This document shows, in pieces, positions 24,932 through 35,050 of a stretch of DNA of 44,212 bases; within the stretch, counting starts at the first letter, position 1, and the number at the start of each line of letters is the position of its first letter. This DNA is from Actinomycetota bacterium (lineage in GTDB: Bacteria; Actinomycetota; Acidimicrobiia; Spongiisociales; UBA5794), in the NCBI GenBank assembly GCA_011371355.1, contig DRQR01000179.1, positions 1 through 44,212 of the forward strand. Direction: 5' to 3'. Under the pieces are notes generated by a model. That model did no database searches, was not told the origin of the DNA, and saw nothing but the letters and a program-made list of their open reading frames with translations. A program made the translations under genes and the position numbers.

Positions 24932-25933
24932 CTATCGGACGAGGGGTCCGACCCCTCGACCCCGACCCCAGGGCCGGAGACGGAACCGGGGAGGACGCCA
25001 GCGACACGAGCCCGGCTCCTCGAGCTCGGCGGCGATGCACCTCGCCGTCCGGGCGTCGTGCAGCATCGAGGAGTGGGCGGCGGCGATCCTGCCGAAGGGA
25101 TCGGTGAACCACCGTGCGACCGGCAGGTCGTTGTCGACGTCGTAGACCCTGAGGTCGCGGGGCCGATCGCGGAAGCTGAAGACGAGCCCGTCGGGGTCCC
25201 GGATGGCGACGACCTCCACCCCGGAGCGGCGTCCGAGGCCTTCCCGGACGTCGACGCAGCGGCCACCGGCACAGGTCACGGGATCGAACCCGCCGTTGTC
25301 GGGCACCCAGGCCCGACCGCCACCGACCCGCTGGAGCATGCCCACCACGCCGTCGGCGATCGCCGGGTCGAGCAGGGCCGCACCGACGACCCCGTCGGGT
25401 GCCTCCCCGAGGGCGTCCCACCGCCCGATGAGCTCGGCGACGGCGGCGCCCCCCTTCGAGTGACCGACGAGATACACCCGGTGTCCGTCGGCGACGAGCC
25501 GACGCACCATGCGGTCGAGGGCCGTGGCGGCGTGGCGGACGGGAACCGTCCGGGAGGCCTCCTCGAAGGAGCCCGTGCCTCCGGCGCTCCGGTAGTCGAA
25601 GACGACGACGTCGCCCGGACCGAGACCGATACGGTCGGCGAGGCCGTCGAATCCGTCCGGTCGACCCCCGTGGCCGGGGACGTACACCACGACGAGATCA
25701 CCCCAGTTCGGACGCCCCCTCCGGCCCCGCCGCCCGCCCCGGCGACGCCCGGGCACGACCGGGAGGACCGGGAGTGGAGGAACCGCCGGGGCGCGACGCG
25801 TAGGCCGGGTCGAGGACGGCCGGGTGGTCCCCCCCGACGCGTCGGCGGGCGGTGGTGGCGCCAGTCCGAGGCCGTCGCCCGGTGCGGGACCGGCGAGGAG
25901 CTGAACGACGAGGACGACGACGGCGAGACCCAC
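24932..25933 (-). CDS. alpha/beta-fold hydrolase (lipase/esterase-like), N-terminal hydrophobic segment
   Basis: 333 aa. The nucleophile elbow is [13 protein letters not shown]. The N-terminus reads [14 protein letters not shown], followed by a Pro/Arg-rich linker. GGAGG lies upstream of the GTG. Confidence 0.6.
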   Translation of the reverse strand: MGLAVVVLVVQLLAGPAPGDGLGLAPPPPADASGGTTRPSSTRPTRRAPAVPPLPVLPVVPGRRRGGRRGRRGRPNWGDLVVVYVPGHGGRPDGFDGLADRIGLGPGDVVVFDYRSAGGTGSFEEASRTVPVRHAATALDRMVRRLVADGHRVYLVGHSKGGAAVAELIGRWDALGEAPDGVVGAALLDPAIADGVVGMLQRVGGGRAWVPDNGGFDPVTCAGGRCVDVREGLGRRSGVEVVAIRDPDGLVFSFRDRPRDLRVYDVDNDLPVARWFTDPFGRIAAAHSSMLHDARTARCIAAELEEPGSCRWRPPRFRLRPWGRGRGVGPLVR

Positions 25934-25996
25934 GAGACCTCCGGTTCGACGTCCTCGACGATGCCGGACGGAGCCGCCGGCGACAAGGGGGACGCG

Positions 25997-26920
25997 TCAG
26001 CGACCTTCGACGAGCTCGCGAGCGACGGCCACGTCCCGACGGATCTGCCGCACGAGGGCCTCGACGTCGGGGAATCGGCGCTCGCCGCGGAGGCGGGCGA
26101 GCCACCGGACCCGGAGCGCGAGGCCGTAGAGGTCCTCGTCGAGGTCGAAGACGTGCACCTCGACGACGAGATCGCCCCCGTCGAAGGTGGGACGTACCCC
26201 GACGTTCGCCACGCCCCCGAGACGACGACCGTCGGCGAGCTCGACCTTGACCGCGTAGACGCCTCGGGCGGGCACGGCGAGCCGGTCGGTGACCGAGAGG
26301 TTCGCGGTGGGGATCCCGATCGTGCGTCCGCGACCGTCCCCGGGGACGACGGTCCCCTCGATCTCGTGGGGCCGGCCCAGCAGGGTCGCGGCCCGCTCCA
26401 CCTCGCCGCGGGCGAGGAGCTCCCGGATCACCGAGGAACGGACCGGGAGGCCGTCGATCTCGAGGATCGGCACGACCCGGGTCTCGAACCCGTACCGCTC
26501 CCCGAGCTCGGCGAGGGTCTCGGTGGTGCCGGCGGCTCGGTGGCCGAACCGGAATCCCGCTCCGACGGCCACGCACCGGACGTCGAGGCCGGCGACGAGG
26601 TGGCGGCGTACGAACTCCTCGGGCGACGATCGCCGGAGCTCGTCGTCGAAGGTCGCGACCGCCACGAGGTCGAGGCCGGCCTCCCCGATGAGCTCGATGC
26701 GTCGCTCGAGGGTGGTGAGTTGGGGAGGCGGGTCCCCGCCGAGCACCGCGGCGGGGTTGGGATCGAAGGTGAGGGCGCCCCGTACCGGGCCGTCGACGTC
26801 GGCGAGTGCGGCGAAGACGGCCCGGTGGCCCAGGTGGACACCGTCGAACACCCCGATCGCGAGCGCGGTGCCACCCTCGGGTGCCTCCCAGGTCTCCGGC
26901 GCGCCGCGGAGCACCCTCAT
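25997..26920 (-). CDS. ribF: bifunctional riboflavin kinase / FMN adenylyltransferase
   Basis: The ATG at 26920 overlaps the truB stop (ATGA); 307 aa. Motifs GVFDGVHLGH, GFRFG and GRTIGIPTAN are present. Confidence 0.9.
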   Translation of the reverse strand: MRVLRGAPETWEAPEGGTALAIGVFDGVHLGHRAVFAALADVDGPVRGALTFDPNPAAVLGGDPPPQLTTLERRIELIGEAGLDLVAVATFDDELRRSSPEEFVRRHLVAGLDVRCVAVGAGFRFGHRAAGTTETLAELGERYGFETRVVPILEIDGLPVRSSVIRELLARGEVERAATLLGRPHEIEGTVVPGDGRGRTIGIPTANLSVTDRLAVPARGVYAVKVELADGRRLGGVANVGVRPTFDGGDLVVEVHVFDLDEDLYGLALRVRWLARLRGERRFPDVEALVRQIRRDVAVARELVEGR

Positions 26921-27816
26921 GCGAGCACCACCTCGGGCCGCAGCCCGGCGTCGGAGGACCGGAAGACCCCGATGAGCTCCCCGGCCGGATCGACGACCCG
27001 AACCGGGGACCCCGCCTCGGGGAGGGACGACAGGGCCCCCGCGGCGATCGGCGCGCCGTGGCGGGCCGCCTCGGCCAGCGCCTCGTCGACGACGACGTCG
27101 GGGAGGAAGGCGAGGGCATCGGCCGGCGGCGACACGACCTCGGCGAGCCGGCCGTCGGCGGCGAGCGCCTCGAGCTCGGCGACGGTCCTCGCCTCCTCGA
27201 CGGCGAAGGGCCCGATCCGCGTCCGTCGGAGGGCGGTGAGGTGAGCGTGACCCCCGAGCGCCCGGGCCAGGTCGTCGGCGAGGGTCCGGATGTAGGTGCC
27301 GGAGCCGACGACGGCCCGGAACCGTACCTCGGGGTAGTCGGAGGGGGCGACGGAGAGGATCTCGAGCTCGACGATCTCCACGGGGCGGGCCTCCCGCTCC
27401 ACCTCCTCGCCGCGCCGGGCGAGCTCGTAGAGGCGGACGCCGCCGACCTTCCGGGCGGAGACCATCGGAGGTACCTGGAGGATCGTGCCCACGAACCGCT
27501 TCGCCGCCTCCTCCACTTCGGCACGTTCGACGGGGAGCGGCGTCCGGTCGAGGACGGCTCCGTCGGCGTCGAGGGTGTCGGTGGCGACCCCGAAGCGGGC
27601 GGTGGCGAAGTACTCCTTGTGGAGGCCCTGGACGTACCGGAGGAGTCGCGTCGCCCGGCCGAGCCCGAGGACGAGGAGGCCCGTGGCGAGGGGATCGAGG
27701 GTGCCGGCGTGCCCGACCTTCGTGCGGACGAGCCGGCGCACGTCGGCGACGACGTCGTGGGACGTCCGACCCGGAGCCTTGTCGACGAGGAGGAACCCGA
27801 CGACCGCGTCGGTCAT
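26917..27816 (-). CDS. truB: tRNA pseudouridine(55) synthase
   Basis: 299 aa. Motifs GFLLVDKAPGRTSHDVV and GHAGTLDPLATGLLVLGLG are present. The ATG overlaps the nrnA stop. Confidence 0.9.
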   Translation of the reverse strand: MTDAVVGFLLVDKAPGRTSHDVVADVRRLVRTKVGHAGTLDPLATGLLVLGLGRATRLLRYVQGLHKEYFATARFGVATDTLDADGAVLDRTPLPVERAEVEEAAKRFVGTILQVPPMVSARKVGGVRLYELARRGEEVEREARPVEIVELEILSVAPSDYPEVRFRAVVGSGTYIRTLADDLARALGGHAHLTALRRTRIGPFAVEEARTVAELEALAADGRLAEVVSPPADALAFLPDVVVDEALAEAARHGAPIAAGALSSLPEAGSPVRVVDPAGELIGVFRSSDAGLRPEVVLA

Positions 27817-28787
27817 GGCAGGGCGCTCCGGATCTTCGCCACGATCTCGTCGGGAGGTCCGGCGGCATCGAAGCCGGCGGCGTTGCGATGGCCGCCGCCG
27901 TCGAAACGGGCCGCGAGCTCCCCCACGTCGACCGACCCCCGGGAGCGAAGACTCACCTTGAAGCGACCGCGGTCGCGCTCCTTCAAGAGCGCGGCGACGC
28001 CCGCCTCACGGGCCATCCTCACGAGGTCGATGAGCCCGTCGGTCTCCTCGTAGCCGATCCCCGCCTCGTCGAGGTCGGCCCGGTACATCACCGACCACAC
28101 GAGCCCCACCGGCCCCACGTCGGGCTCGAGGACGGCGCGGCCGAGGACGTTCGCCACGACCCGGTAGTAGCCGAAGGGTGCCTCCTCGAAGAGCTTCTCC
28201 CCCACGAGCTCGGTGCGTACCCCCGCTTCGAGGAGCAGCGCGGCCACTCGATGGGTCTCCGGGGTGGTCGCCGAGTACTGGAACCGCCCGGTGTCGGTGA
28301 CGATGCCGACGTAGAGGGCCGTGGCGACCGCTTCGTCGATCGGCCAGCCCAGCGCGGCGACGAGCCGGAAGACCATCTCGGCGGTGGCGGAGGCCGGCGC
28401 CACCCAGTGCAGGTCCCCGAATCCATCGCCGGCGGGATGGTGGTCGACGACGACGATGCGCCGGGCGGTATCGACCCGGGGCGCCACCGAACCGAGCCGG
28501 TCCCGGACCGCGGTGTCGCAGACGACGACCACGTCGAGGCCCTCGGGGAGCTCCGAGGGGGAGACGAGGGTGGAGCGGTCGAGGAACGAGAGGTTCGGGG
28601 CGAGGACGAAGGGCTCCCCGAAGCTCGCCCAGGCCTCCTTGCCGGCCGCCCGGGCCGCGAGGGTCAGCCCGAGGATCGACCCGAGGGCGTCGCCGTCGGG
28701 GCCCACGTGGCCGACGGCGCCGATGCGGGACGCCTCGGCGAGGGCGGCGACGATCTCCGGGGGCACGCCGGGATCACCCCGGCGCAT
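27813..28787 (-). CDS. nrnA: DHH-DHHA1 phosphoesterase (NrnA-type oligoribonuclease / pAp phosphatase)
   Basis: 324 aa. Motifs GHVGPDGDALGS, VVVDHHP and the DHHA1 motif FDGGGHRNAAGF are present. Confidence 0.8.
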   Translation of the reverse strand: MRRGDPGVPPEIVAALAEASRIGAVGHVGPDGDALGSILGLTLAARAAGKEAWASFGEPFVLAPNLSFLDRSTLVSPSELPEGLDVVVVCDTAVRDRLGSVAPRVDTARRIVVVDHHPAGDGFGDLHWVAPASATAEMVFRLVAALGWPIDEAVATALYVGIVTDTGRFQYSATTPETHRVAALLLEAGVRTELVGEKLFEEAPFGYYRVVANVLGRAVLEPDVGPVGLVWSVMYRADLDEAGIGYEETDGLIDLVRMAREAGVAALLKERDRGRFKVSLRSRGSVDVGELAARFDGGGHRNAAGFDAAGPPDEIVAKIRSALP

Positions 28788-29142
28788 CGTCGACCCCCGC
28801 GTCGAGATCCCGGAGGATCTGGGAGATCCGAAGACCTCGTTCGATGGCGGGATCCACCTCGAACCGAAGCCGTGGTGTGTACTTCAGGCGGGTCTGGCGG
28901 GCCACGGCCGCCTGGAGCCGGGCGTGGGCCGCCTCCAACGCCTCGGCGGTGGCCGCCCGTTCCTCTTCCGAGCCGAGCACCGAGTAGTACACGACGGCGG
29001 TCCGCAGATCCGGGGCGGTGTCGGCGCCGGTGATCGTGACGAAGCCGATCCGCGGGTCCCCGAGGTTCGCGACCTCCTCGGCGACGATCTCCCGGATCGC
29101 CTCGTTGACCTTGCGCATGCGGGTGCCGGGGCGGCGGCTCAC
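28774..29142 (-). CDS. rbfA: ribosome-binding factor A
   Basis: The GTG at 29142 overlaps the stop of the DUF503 gene (GTGA). The product starts SRRPGTRMRKVNEAIREIVAEEV and has a C-terminal KYTPRLRFEVD. The alternative start is ATG at 29118. Confidence 0.85.
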   Translation of the reverse strand: MSRRPGTRMRKVNEAIREIVAEEVANLGDPRIGFVTITGADTAPDLRTAVVYYSVLGSEEERAATAEALEAAHARLQAAVARQTRLKYTPRLRFEVDPAIERGLRISQILRDLDAGVDDAPG

Positions 29143-29438
29143 GGCGGCTCCTCGAGGTAGGCGACCGACGTGGCGAGGACCTCGATCTCGTAGTCGTCGT
29201 GGAGGGTGCGTTCGGCGCCGCGGAGCAGACGGCGCACCTGACCCGCCTGGGGGGCCACGGCGACGATCCCGAGGGTCGCCCGCTGCCAGAGATCCTGGTG
29301 GTCCACCTCGGCGACGGCGACGGGTCCGGAGGCGAGCCGAGCCATGAGGGCCTTGAGGACGCGGCGCTTCGCCTTGAGGGATCCGGCGGTGGGGATCCGG
29401 AGATCCGCCCGCATCACGGCGGCGTGGAGCTCGGCCAT
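29139..29438 (-). CDS. DUF503 (YlxP-like) protein
   Basis: 99 aa. ...MRADLRIPTAGSLKAKRRVLKALMARL... is typical of the small protein found between infB and rbfA. Confidence 0.75.
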   Translation of the reverse strand: MAELHAAVMRADLRIPTAGSLKAKRRVLKALMARLASGPVAVAEVDHQDLWQRATLGIVAVAPQAGQVRRLLRGAERTLHDDYEIEVLATSVAYLEEPP

Positions 29439-29444
29439 CGCGGC

Positions 29445-31526
29445 TCAGGTGCGAGCGACCTCTCTGATCTCGTAGGACTCGATCATGTCGCCCTCCTTGA
29501 TGTCGCGGAAGTTCTCGAGGCCGATGCCGCACTCGAAGCCGGCGGCGACCTCCTGGACGTCCTCCTTGAACCTCCGCAGCGAGGCGATCTTCCCGTCGTA
29601 GACGACGACGCCGTCCCTGACGAGGCGAGCCCGCGCGTTCCGCTGGATCACGCCCTCGGTGACGTAGCAGCCGGCGACGAGCCCGAACCTCGGCGCGCGG
29701 AAGGTCGCCCGAACCTCGGCGATCCCGAGGAGGGATTCGACCTCCTCCGGCGCCAGCTCGCCGACGAGGAGCGACTCGACGTCGTCGAGGAGCTCGTAGA
29801 TGATCGCGAAGGTCCGGATGTCGATGCCGTGCTCCTTGGCGGCCTTCCGAGCCGCGGCGTCGGGGCGGGTGTTGAAGCCGTAGATCACCGCCTCGGAGGC
29901 CTCGGCGAGCATGACGTCGTTCGCGGTGATGCCGCCGACGCCGGCGTGGATCACCCGGATCGAGGCGTCCTCTCGGGAGATCTTCGCCACCGCGTCCCGG
30001 ATGGCCTCGAGGGACCCGTGGGCGTCGGCCTTGACGATGATGCGGAGCTCGGCGTGCTCGGCGCTTCGAAGCTGCTCGAGGAGCGCGGCGAGGCGTTCGG
30101 CGGCGGTCGGGATGGTGAGCTGCGCGGCGCGATCCTGCTCGTACCGCTCCTCGGCGAGCTTCCTGGCGGTGCGCTCGTTCTTGACGACCTCGAACATGTC
30201 GCCGGCGGTCGGCACCTCCTCCCAGCCGGTGACGAGGACGGGCGTCGACGGCCCGGCCGCCTTCACCTGCTGGCCGAGGTGGTCGAACATCGCCCGGACC
30301 TTGCCGGGAACCGACCAGGCGACGATCGCGTCGCCCCGCTTCAGGGTGCCTCGCTGGACGATCACCGTGGCCACGGGACCGCGGCCGACCTCGAGCTGGG
30401 CTTCGATGATCGTCCCGACGGCCGGGGCGTTCGGGTTCGCCTTCAGCTCCTCGACCTCGGCGACGAGGGCGATCATCTCGAGGAGGTCGTCGACACCCTG
30501 TCCGGTGAGGGCGGAGACCTCGACCGACGGCACCTCGCCGCCGAGCTCTTCGACGATGACGCCGTGCTGGGTGAGCTGCGCCCGCACCTGGTGGGGATCG
30601 GCGGTGGGCAGGTCGACCTTGTTGATCGCCACGATCATCGGCACGCCGGCCGCCTGGACGTGGTCGATCGCCTCGACGGTCTGGGGCATGACCCCGTCGT
30701 CGGCGGCGACGACGAGGACGACGATGTCGGTGACGTTGGCGCCCCGGGCCCTGAGGGCCGTGAACGCCTCGTGGCCCGGGGTGTCGATGAAGGTGATCTT
30801 CGAGCCTTCGATCTCGACCTGGTAGGCGCCGATGTGTTGGGTGATGCCACCCGCCTCCTCGGCGACGACGTTCGTGTGGCGGATGGTGTCGAGGAGCTGG
30901 GTCTTCCCATGGTCGACGTGGCCCATGATCGTCACCACCGGCGGCCGGGGACGCAGCGTCGCCGGGTCGTCCTCGTAGACGACGACGTGACGGGGCGGAC
31001 CCGTCGGCTCGTGGGTCTCGGCCTCCTCCTCGGCCTCGGAGACGAGCACCTCGTACCCGAAGTGGGCACCGAGCTTCTCGAGGTACTCGCGCGGGATCTC
31101 GCCGCTGCCGGGCACCATCGCCCCCATGGCCATGAGCTGCCGCATCACGTCGGTGGTCCGCTGGCCGATCATCCGACCGAACTCGTGGGCGGTGATCCCC
31201 TCCTCGACGAGGAGGATCCGCTCCTCGGCCTCCTCCCCGGACTCGACGGTCTCCTCCTCGACGTCGACCTCGGACGGCTCGACGTGCTCGGGGCCGGCGT
31301 CCGGCTCGATCGCCTCGACGGGAGAGGACTGGCCCTCCACCGGTGCGGACCCGGCGTCGCCGCCCGTCTCCTCGGCGTAGGACAACCTGAGGAGCTCGAC
31401 GGCCTCCTCGTCGAGGCCGGAGGAGGCGGTCTTCGCCTCGATCCCGAGTTCCTGGGCGCGCGCGAGGACCTCTTTCGATTCCCTCCCGAGTTCTCGGGCG
31501 AGCTCGTAGACCCGTGTCTTCGCCAC
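29445..31526 (-). CDS. infB: translation initiation factor IF-2
   Basis: I prefer the GTG at 31526, which gives [14 protein letters not shown] and sits 7 nt after GGAGG, over the track start at 31532. G-domain motifs [16 protein letters not shown] and NKVD are present. Confidence 0.9.
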   Translation of the reverse strand: MAKTRVYELARELGRESKEVLARAQELGIEAKTASSGLDEEAVELLRLSYAEETGGDAGSAPVEGQSSPVEAIEPDAGPEHVEPSEVDVEEETVESGEEAEERILLVEEGITAHEFGRMIGQRTTDVMRQLMAMGAMVPGSGEIPREYLEKLGAHFGYEVLVSEAEEEAETHEPTGPPRHVVVYEDDPATLRPRPPVVTIMGHVDHGKTQLLDTIRHTNVVAEEAGGITQHIGAYQVEIEGSKITFIDTPGHEAFTALRARGANVTDIVVLVVAADDGVMPQTVEAIDHVQAAGVPMIVAINKVDLPTADPHQVRAQLTQHGVIVEELGGEVPSVEVSALTGQGVDDLLEMIALVAEVEELKANPNAPAVGTIIEAQLEVGRGPVATVIVQRGTLKRGDAIVAWSVPGKVRAMFDHLGQQVKAAGPSTPVLVTGWEEVPTAGDMFEVVKNERTARKLAEERYEQDRAAQLTIPTAAERLAALLEQLRSAEHAELRIIVKADAHGSLEAIRDAVAKISREDASIRVIHAGVGGITANDVMLAEASEAVIYGFNTRPDAAARKAAKEHGIDIRTFAIIYELLDDVESLLVGELAPEEVESLLGIAEVRATFRAPRFGLVAGCYVTEGVIQRNARARLVRDGVVVYDGKIASLRRFKEDVQEVAAGFECGIGLENFRDIKEGDMIESYEIREVART

Positions 31527-31545
31527 CGTCACCTCCGCCCTTCGC

Positions 31546-32679
31546 TCACTCGGCCACCTCGTCGCCCTCGGGCGTCTCGTCCTCGGACTCCGGCTCCTCC
31601 GAGCCGTCCACGGGCTCCTCGGCGGACTCGGAACCGACCGCGGTCTCGTCGGCTACGGTAGCGGCCGCGGGAGGCGCCTCCTCCTCACCGATCTCCGGCT
31701 CCTCCTCCAGACCGAGATCCTGCGACTCGGAGCGGATGTCGATCTTGTAGCCGGTGAGCTTCGCGGCGAGCCGGGCGTTCTGGCCCTCCTTGCCGATCGC
31801 GAGGGAGAGCTGATGGTCCGGCACGATCACCTCGGCGACCCGGTTCTCCTCGTCGATGCGGACCTCCTTGACCCGAGCGGGGCTCAGGGCCTCGGCGATG
31901 AACTGGCGTGGATCCTCCCGCCACTCGACGATGTCGACCTTCTCGCCCCGGAGCTCGTTGACGACCTGACGAACGCGCGAACCGCGGGCTCCGACGCAGG
32001 CGCCGACCGGGTCGACGTTCGGGTCGTGGGAGACGACGGCGATCTTCGTGCGGTGTCCCGGCTCCCGTGCGATCGCCCGGATCTCGACGTCGCCCTCGAC
32101 GAGCTCGGGAACCTCGAGCTCGAAGAGGGAGCGGATGAACTCCGGATGGCTGCGGGAGACGACGATCTGGGGTCCCTTGCCCTCGCCGCGCACCTCGACG
32201 ATGTAGGCCTTGACGCGGTTGCCGCGCTCGAGGCGCTCGTAGGGGATCCGCTCCGACGACGGCATGATCGCCTCGGCGTCGCCGAGGTCCAAGATCGCGT
32301 ACCGATGGTCCGACTGCTGGACGATCCCGGTGACGAGATCGCCCTCCCTGCCCTCGTAGAGCTCGTAGACCTGCTCCCGCTTCGCGTCCCGGAGGCGCTG
32401 GAGGATGACCTGCTTGGCGGTCTGCGCGGCGATCCGGCCGAAGTCCTCGGGGGTGTCCTCCCACTCACGGACGACGTTCCCCTCCTCGTCGAGCTCCTGG
32501 CCGTAGACGTGGATCTCGCCGGTGTCGGCGTCGATGGTCACCCGTGCCTCCTCGGCGGCACCCGGAGTCCGCTTGTAGGCCGACACGAGGGCGTTCGCGA
32601 GCGCGTCGAGGACGGTCTCGGCGGGTACCCCCTTCTCCCGCTCCACCATCTCGAGTGCGTCCAACAGGTTGTAGTCCAT
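31546..32679 (-). CDS. nusA: transcription termination/antitermination factor NusA (acidic C-terminal tail)
   Basis: 377 aa. It starts MDYNLLDALEMVEREKGVPAETVLDALANAL and has S1 and two KH domains. AGGAGA lies upstream. Confidence 0.9.
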   Translation of the reverse strand: MDYNLLDALEMVEREKGVPAETVLDALANALVSAYKRTPGAAEEARVTIDADTGEIHVYGQELDEEGNVVREWEDTPEDFGRIAAQTAKQVILQRLRDAKREQVYELYEGREGDLVTGIVQQSDHRYAILDLGDAEAIMPSSERIPYERLERGNRVKAYIVEVRGEGKGPQIVVSRSHPEFIRSLFELEVPELVEGDVEIRAIAREPGHRTKIAVVSHDPNVDPVGACVGARGSRVRQVVNELRGEKVDIVEWREDPRQFIAEALSPARVKEVRIDEENRVAEVIVPDHQLSLAIGKEGQNARLAAKLTGYKIDIRSESQDLGLEEEPEIGEEEAPPAAATVADETAVGSESAEEPVDGSEEPESEDETPEGDEVAE

Positions 32680-32688
32680 CGTCTTCTC

Positions 32689-33177
32689 CTAGACCGTCTT
32701 CTTCCCGGGCTTGGCCGCCTTCTCCCACACGAACACGGTGCGCGCCGAGGCCACGTCGTCGTAGGCGAAGCGGCGTTCCTCTCCCTCGACGTCGACGACG
32801 ATCCCGGCGTCGTCGGCGGCCACGAGCCGACCCCGGTGCACCCGCTCCCCCGCGACGCGGCCGAAGGTCTTCACCTTGACCTCGCGGCCCACCGACTTCT
32901 CGTAGTGGCGAGGCCGCCGGAGCTTCCGTTCGAGGCCGGGGGAGCTCACCTCGAGGGTGTACGGACCGGCAACCGGATCTTCGGCGTCGAGGAGCCGCCC
33001 GATGCCCCTGGAGAGCTCGGCGAGTCGGTCGACGTCGACGCCGTCCGGGGCGTCCACCGTGACGCGCACCAGCGGCGCACCCGCGCCGCCGAGGAGCTCG
33101 ACGTCGTCGAGCTCGATGCCCTCGGCGACGAGGTACGGTTCGATGATCGCCCAGAGGCGTTCCACCGTCGCTGCCAC
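32689..33177 (-). CDS. rimP: ribosome maturation factor RimP
   Basis: 162 aa. It contains ...YTLEVSSPGLERKLRRPRHYEKSVGREVKV. GGAAGGGAG lies upstream of the GTG. Confidence 0.85.
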   Translation of the reverse strand: MAATVERLWAIIEPYLVAEGIELDDVELLGGAGAPLVRVTVDAPDGVDVDRLAELSRGIGRLLDAEDPVAGPYTLEVSSPGLERKLRRPRHYEKSVGREVKVKTFGRVAGERVHRGRLVAADDAGIVVDVEGEERRFAYDDVASARTVFVWEKAAKPGKKTV

Positions 33178-33300
33178 GCTCGCTCCCTTCCTCGCCCGAA
33201 ATGCCCCAATCGCACGTCGAGGCGGGCAACGCCCACCTCGCGAAGAAGCACCTCGGTTGGTACCGGGAGTATACCAAGCGCCTCGGTCTTCCGGCCGGGG

Positions 33301-35019
33301 CTACTCGGAGCGCCGCCCCTCCTCGACGAGGCGGGCCACGTGGGTCGCGGCCTCGGCGACGGTGAGCTCCTCCCGCTCCCCGGTGGCCCGGGTGGTCAGC
33401 TCGACGACGCCCTCGGCGAGACCCCGTGGTCCGACGGTGACCCGGAAGGGGATCCCGACGAGCTCGGCGTCGTTGAACTTCACCCCCGGCCGCTCGTCGC
33501 GGTCGTCGACGATGACCTCGACGCCGAGGGCCTCGAGCTCCTCGTAGATGCGCTTCCCGGTCTCCCACGAGTCGGTGTCGTCGACCTTGACGATGGTGAC
33601 GACGGCTTCGTAGGGAGCCACGCTCACCGGCCAGACGATGCCCTTGTCGTCGTGGTGGACCTCGACGATCGTCGCGAGGTTCCGTTCCACCCCGATGCCG
33701 TACGACCCCATGACGAGCGGCACCTGCTTCCCGTCCACGTCGAGCACCGTGGCACCGAGGGCCTCGGCGTACCGGGTGCCGAGCTTGAAGATGTGACCGG
33801 CTTCGATCGCCCGGAACACCTCGAGGGGAGCGCCGCAGTCCGGGCAGGCCTCCCCGGCCCTCACCGCCCGGAGGTCCTCCCACCGACTCACCGCCACGTC
33901 CCGTTCGACGTCGACGCCCCGCAGGTGGGTGTCGTCGACGTTGGCGCCGGTGACGAGGTTCCGACGACCCCGGAGGGCGAGATCCGCGATGATCGGGACG
34001 TCCTCGACGCCGACGGCACCGAGGCTCCCGGCGTCGGCGCCGAGGAGGGTACGGATCTCCTCCGGGCGAGCCGGCCGTACCTCCACGGCGCCGGTGGCGT
34101 CTCGGAGCTTCTGCTCCTGGAGGGCGTGGTCGCCTCGCAGCAGCACGAGGGTCGCCCGGCCGTCGAGGAAGTACACGAGGGTCTTGATCTGCCGGTCGGC
34201 CGGAGCCCCACCGGGGAACTCCTCGAGGTCGGCGATCGTCCGGACCCCCGGGGTGGGGAAGGCCTCGGGTGCCGCCGGTCCCTCGCCGTCCTCGACCGCG
34301 GGGAGCGTCGAGGTGGCTCGTTCGACGTTCGCCGCGTACCCGCAGCTCGGGCAGTGGGCGACGTCGTCCTCCCCGGCGGCGGCGGGCACCATGAACTCCA
34401 CCGAGCCGCTGCCGCCCATCGCCCCGGACGAGGCGACCACCGGGATCGCGGGGAGTCCGAGCCGGCGGAAGATCCGGACGTAGGCGTCGTAGTGGGCTCG
34501 AAACTGGCGGTCGAGACCCTCCTCGTCGAGGTCGAAGCTGTAGGAGTCCTTCATGGTGAACTCCCTGGTCCGGAGCAGCCCGGACTTCGGGCGGGGCTCG
34601 TCGCGGAACTTCGTCTGGATCTGGTACCAGAGCTGGGGCAGCTCGCGGTAGGAGGTGAGCTCGGCGGCGAGGAGCGTGAACACCTCCTCGTGGGTGGGGC
34701 CGAGGACGAGCTCGCCGCCGCGATGGTCCTCGAGGGTGAGGAGCACGTCCGCCATCACCTCGTAACGGCCGGTCCGCCGCCACAGCTCCGCCGGATGGAG
34801 TTCGGGGAGGACGAACTCCTGGGCGCCGATCGCCTCCATCTCCTCGCGGATGATCCGCATGACCTTCGTCCGCACGCGCCGGCCGAGGGGCAAGAGGGAG
34901 TAGACGCCGGCCATGAGCTGCCGGACGAAGCCGCCGCGCACGAGGAGGCGATGGCTTGCGGCCTCGGCGTCGGCGGGATCTTCTCGAAGGGTCGGGATGA
35001 AGGCCTGCGACCAGCGCAC
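33301..35019 (-). CDS. proS: proline--tRNA ligase (bacterial type with editing insertion)
   Basis: 572 aa. It starts MRWSQAFIPTLREDPADAEAASHRLLVRGGFVRQ, and the class II motifs are present. Confidence 0.9.
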   Translation of the reverse strand: MRWSQAFIPTLREDPADAEAASHRLLVRGGFVRQLMAGVYSLLPLGRRVRTKVMRIIREEMEAIGAQEFVLPELHPAELWRRTGRYEVMADVLLTLEDHRGGELVLGPTHEEVFTLLAAELTSYRELPQLWYQIQTKFRDEPRPKSGLLRTREFTMKDSYSFDLDEEGLDRQFRAHYDAYVRIFRRLGLPAIPVVASSGAMGGSGSVEFMVPAAAGEDDVAHCPSCGYAANVERATSTLPAVEDGEGPAAPEAFPTPGVRTIADLEEFPGGAPADRQIKTLVYFLDGRATLVLLRGDHALQEQKLRDATGAVEVRPARPEEIRTLLGADAGSLGAVGVEDVPIIADLALRGRRNLVTGANVDDTHLRGVDVERDVAVSRWEDLRAVRAGEACPDCGAPLEVFRAIEAGHIFKLGTRYAEALGATVLDVDGKQVPLVMGSYGIGVERNLATIVEVHHDDKGIVWPVSVAPYEAVVTIVKVDDTDSWETGKRIYEELEALGVEVIVDDRDERPGVKFNDAELVGIPFRVTVGPRGLAEGVVELTTRATGEREELTVAEAATHVARLVEEGRRSE

Positions 35020-35050
35020 GGGTGCTCCTGGAGTGTGGGGTGGAGGGAGC

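Noticed and set aside
24940-24958. 19-nt GC palindrome CGAGGGGTC-c-GACCCCTCG
   Set aside because: It lies inside the last codons of the hydrolase gene. GC-rich palindromes are frequent at this base composition. I cannot tell a terminator or operator from chance, so it is only mentioned under the hydrolase finding.
24065-27244. 1059-aa plus-strand ORF (similarly 31813..35295, 34913..37813, 29199..31661 and 22420..24516)
   Set aside because: These are antisense to pnp, rpsO, ribF, truB, nusA, proS, ispG, rseP and infB, all of which have unmistakable signatures. The compositions are junk-like.
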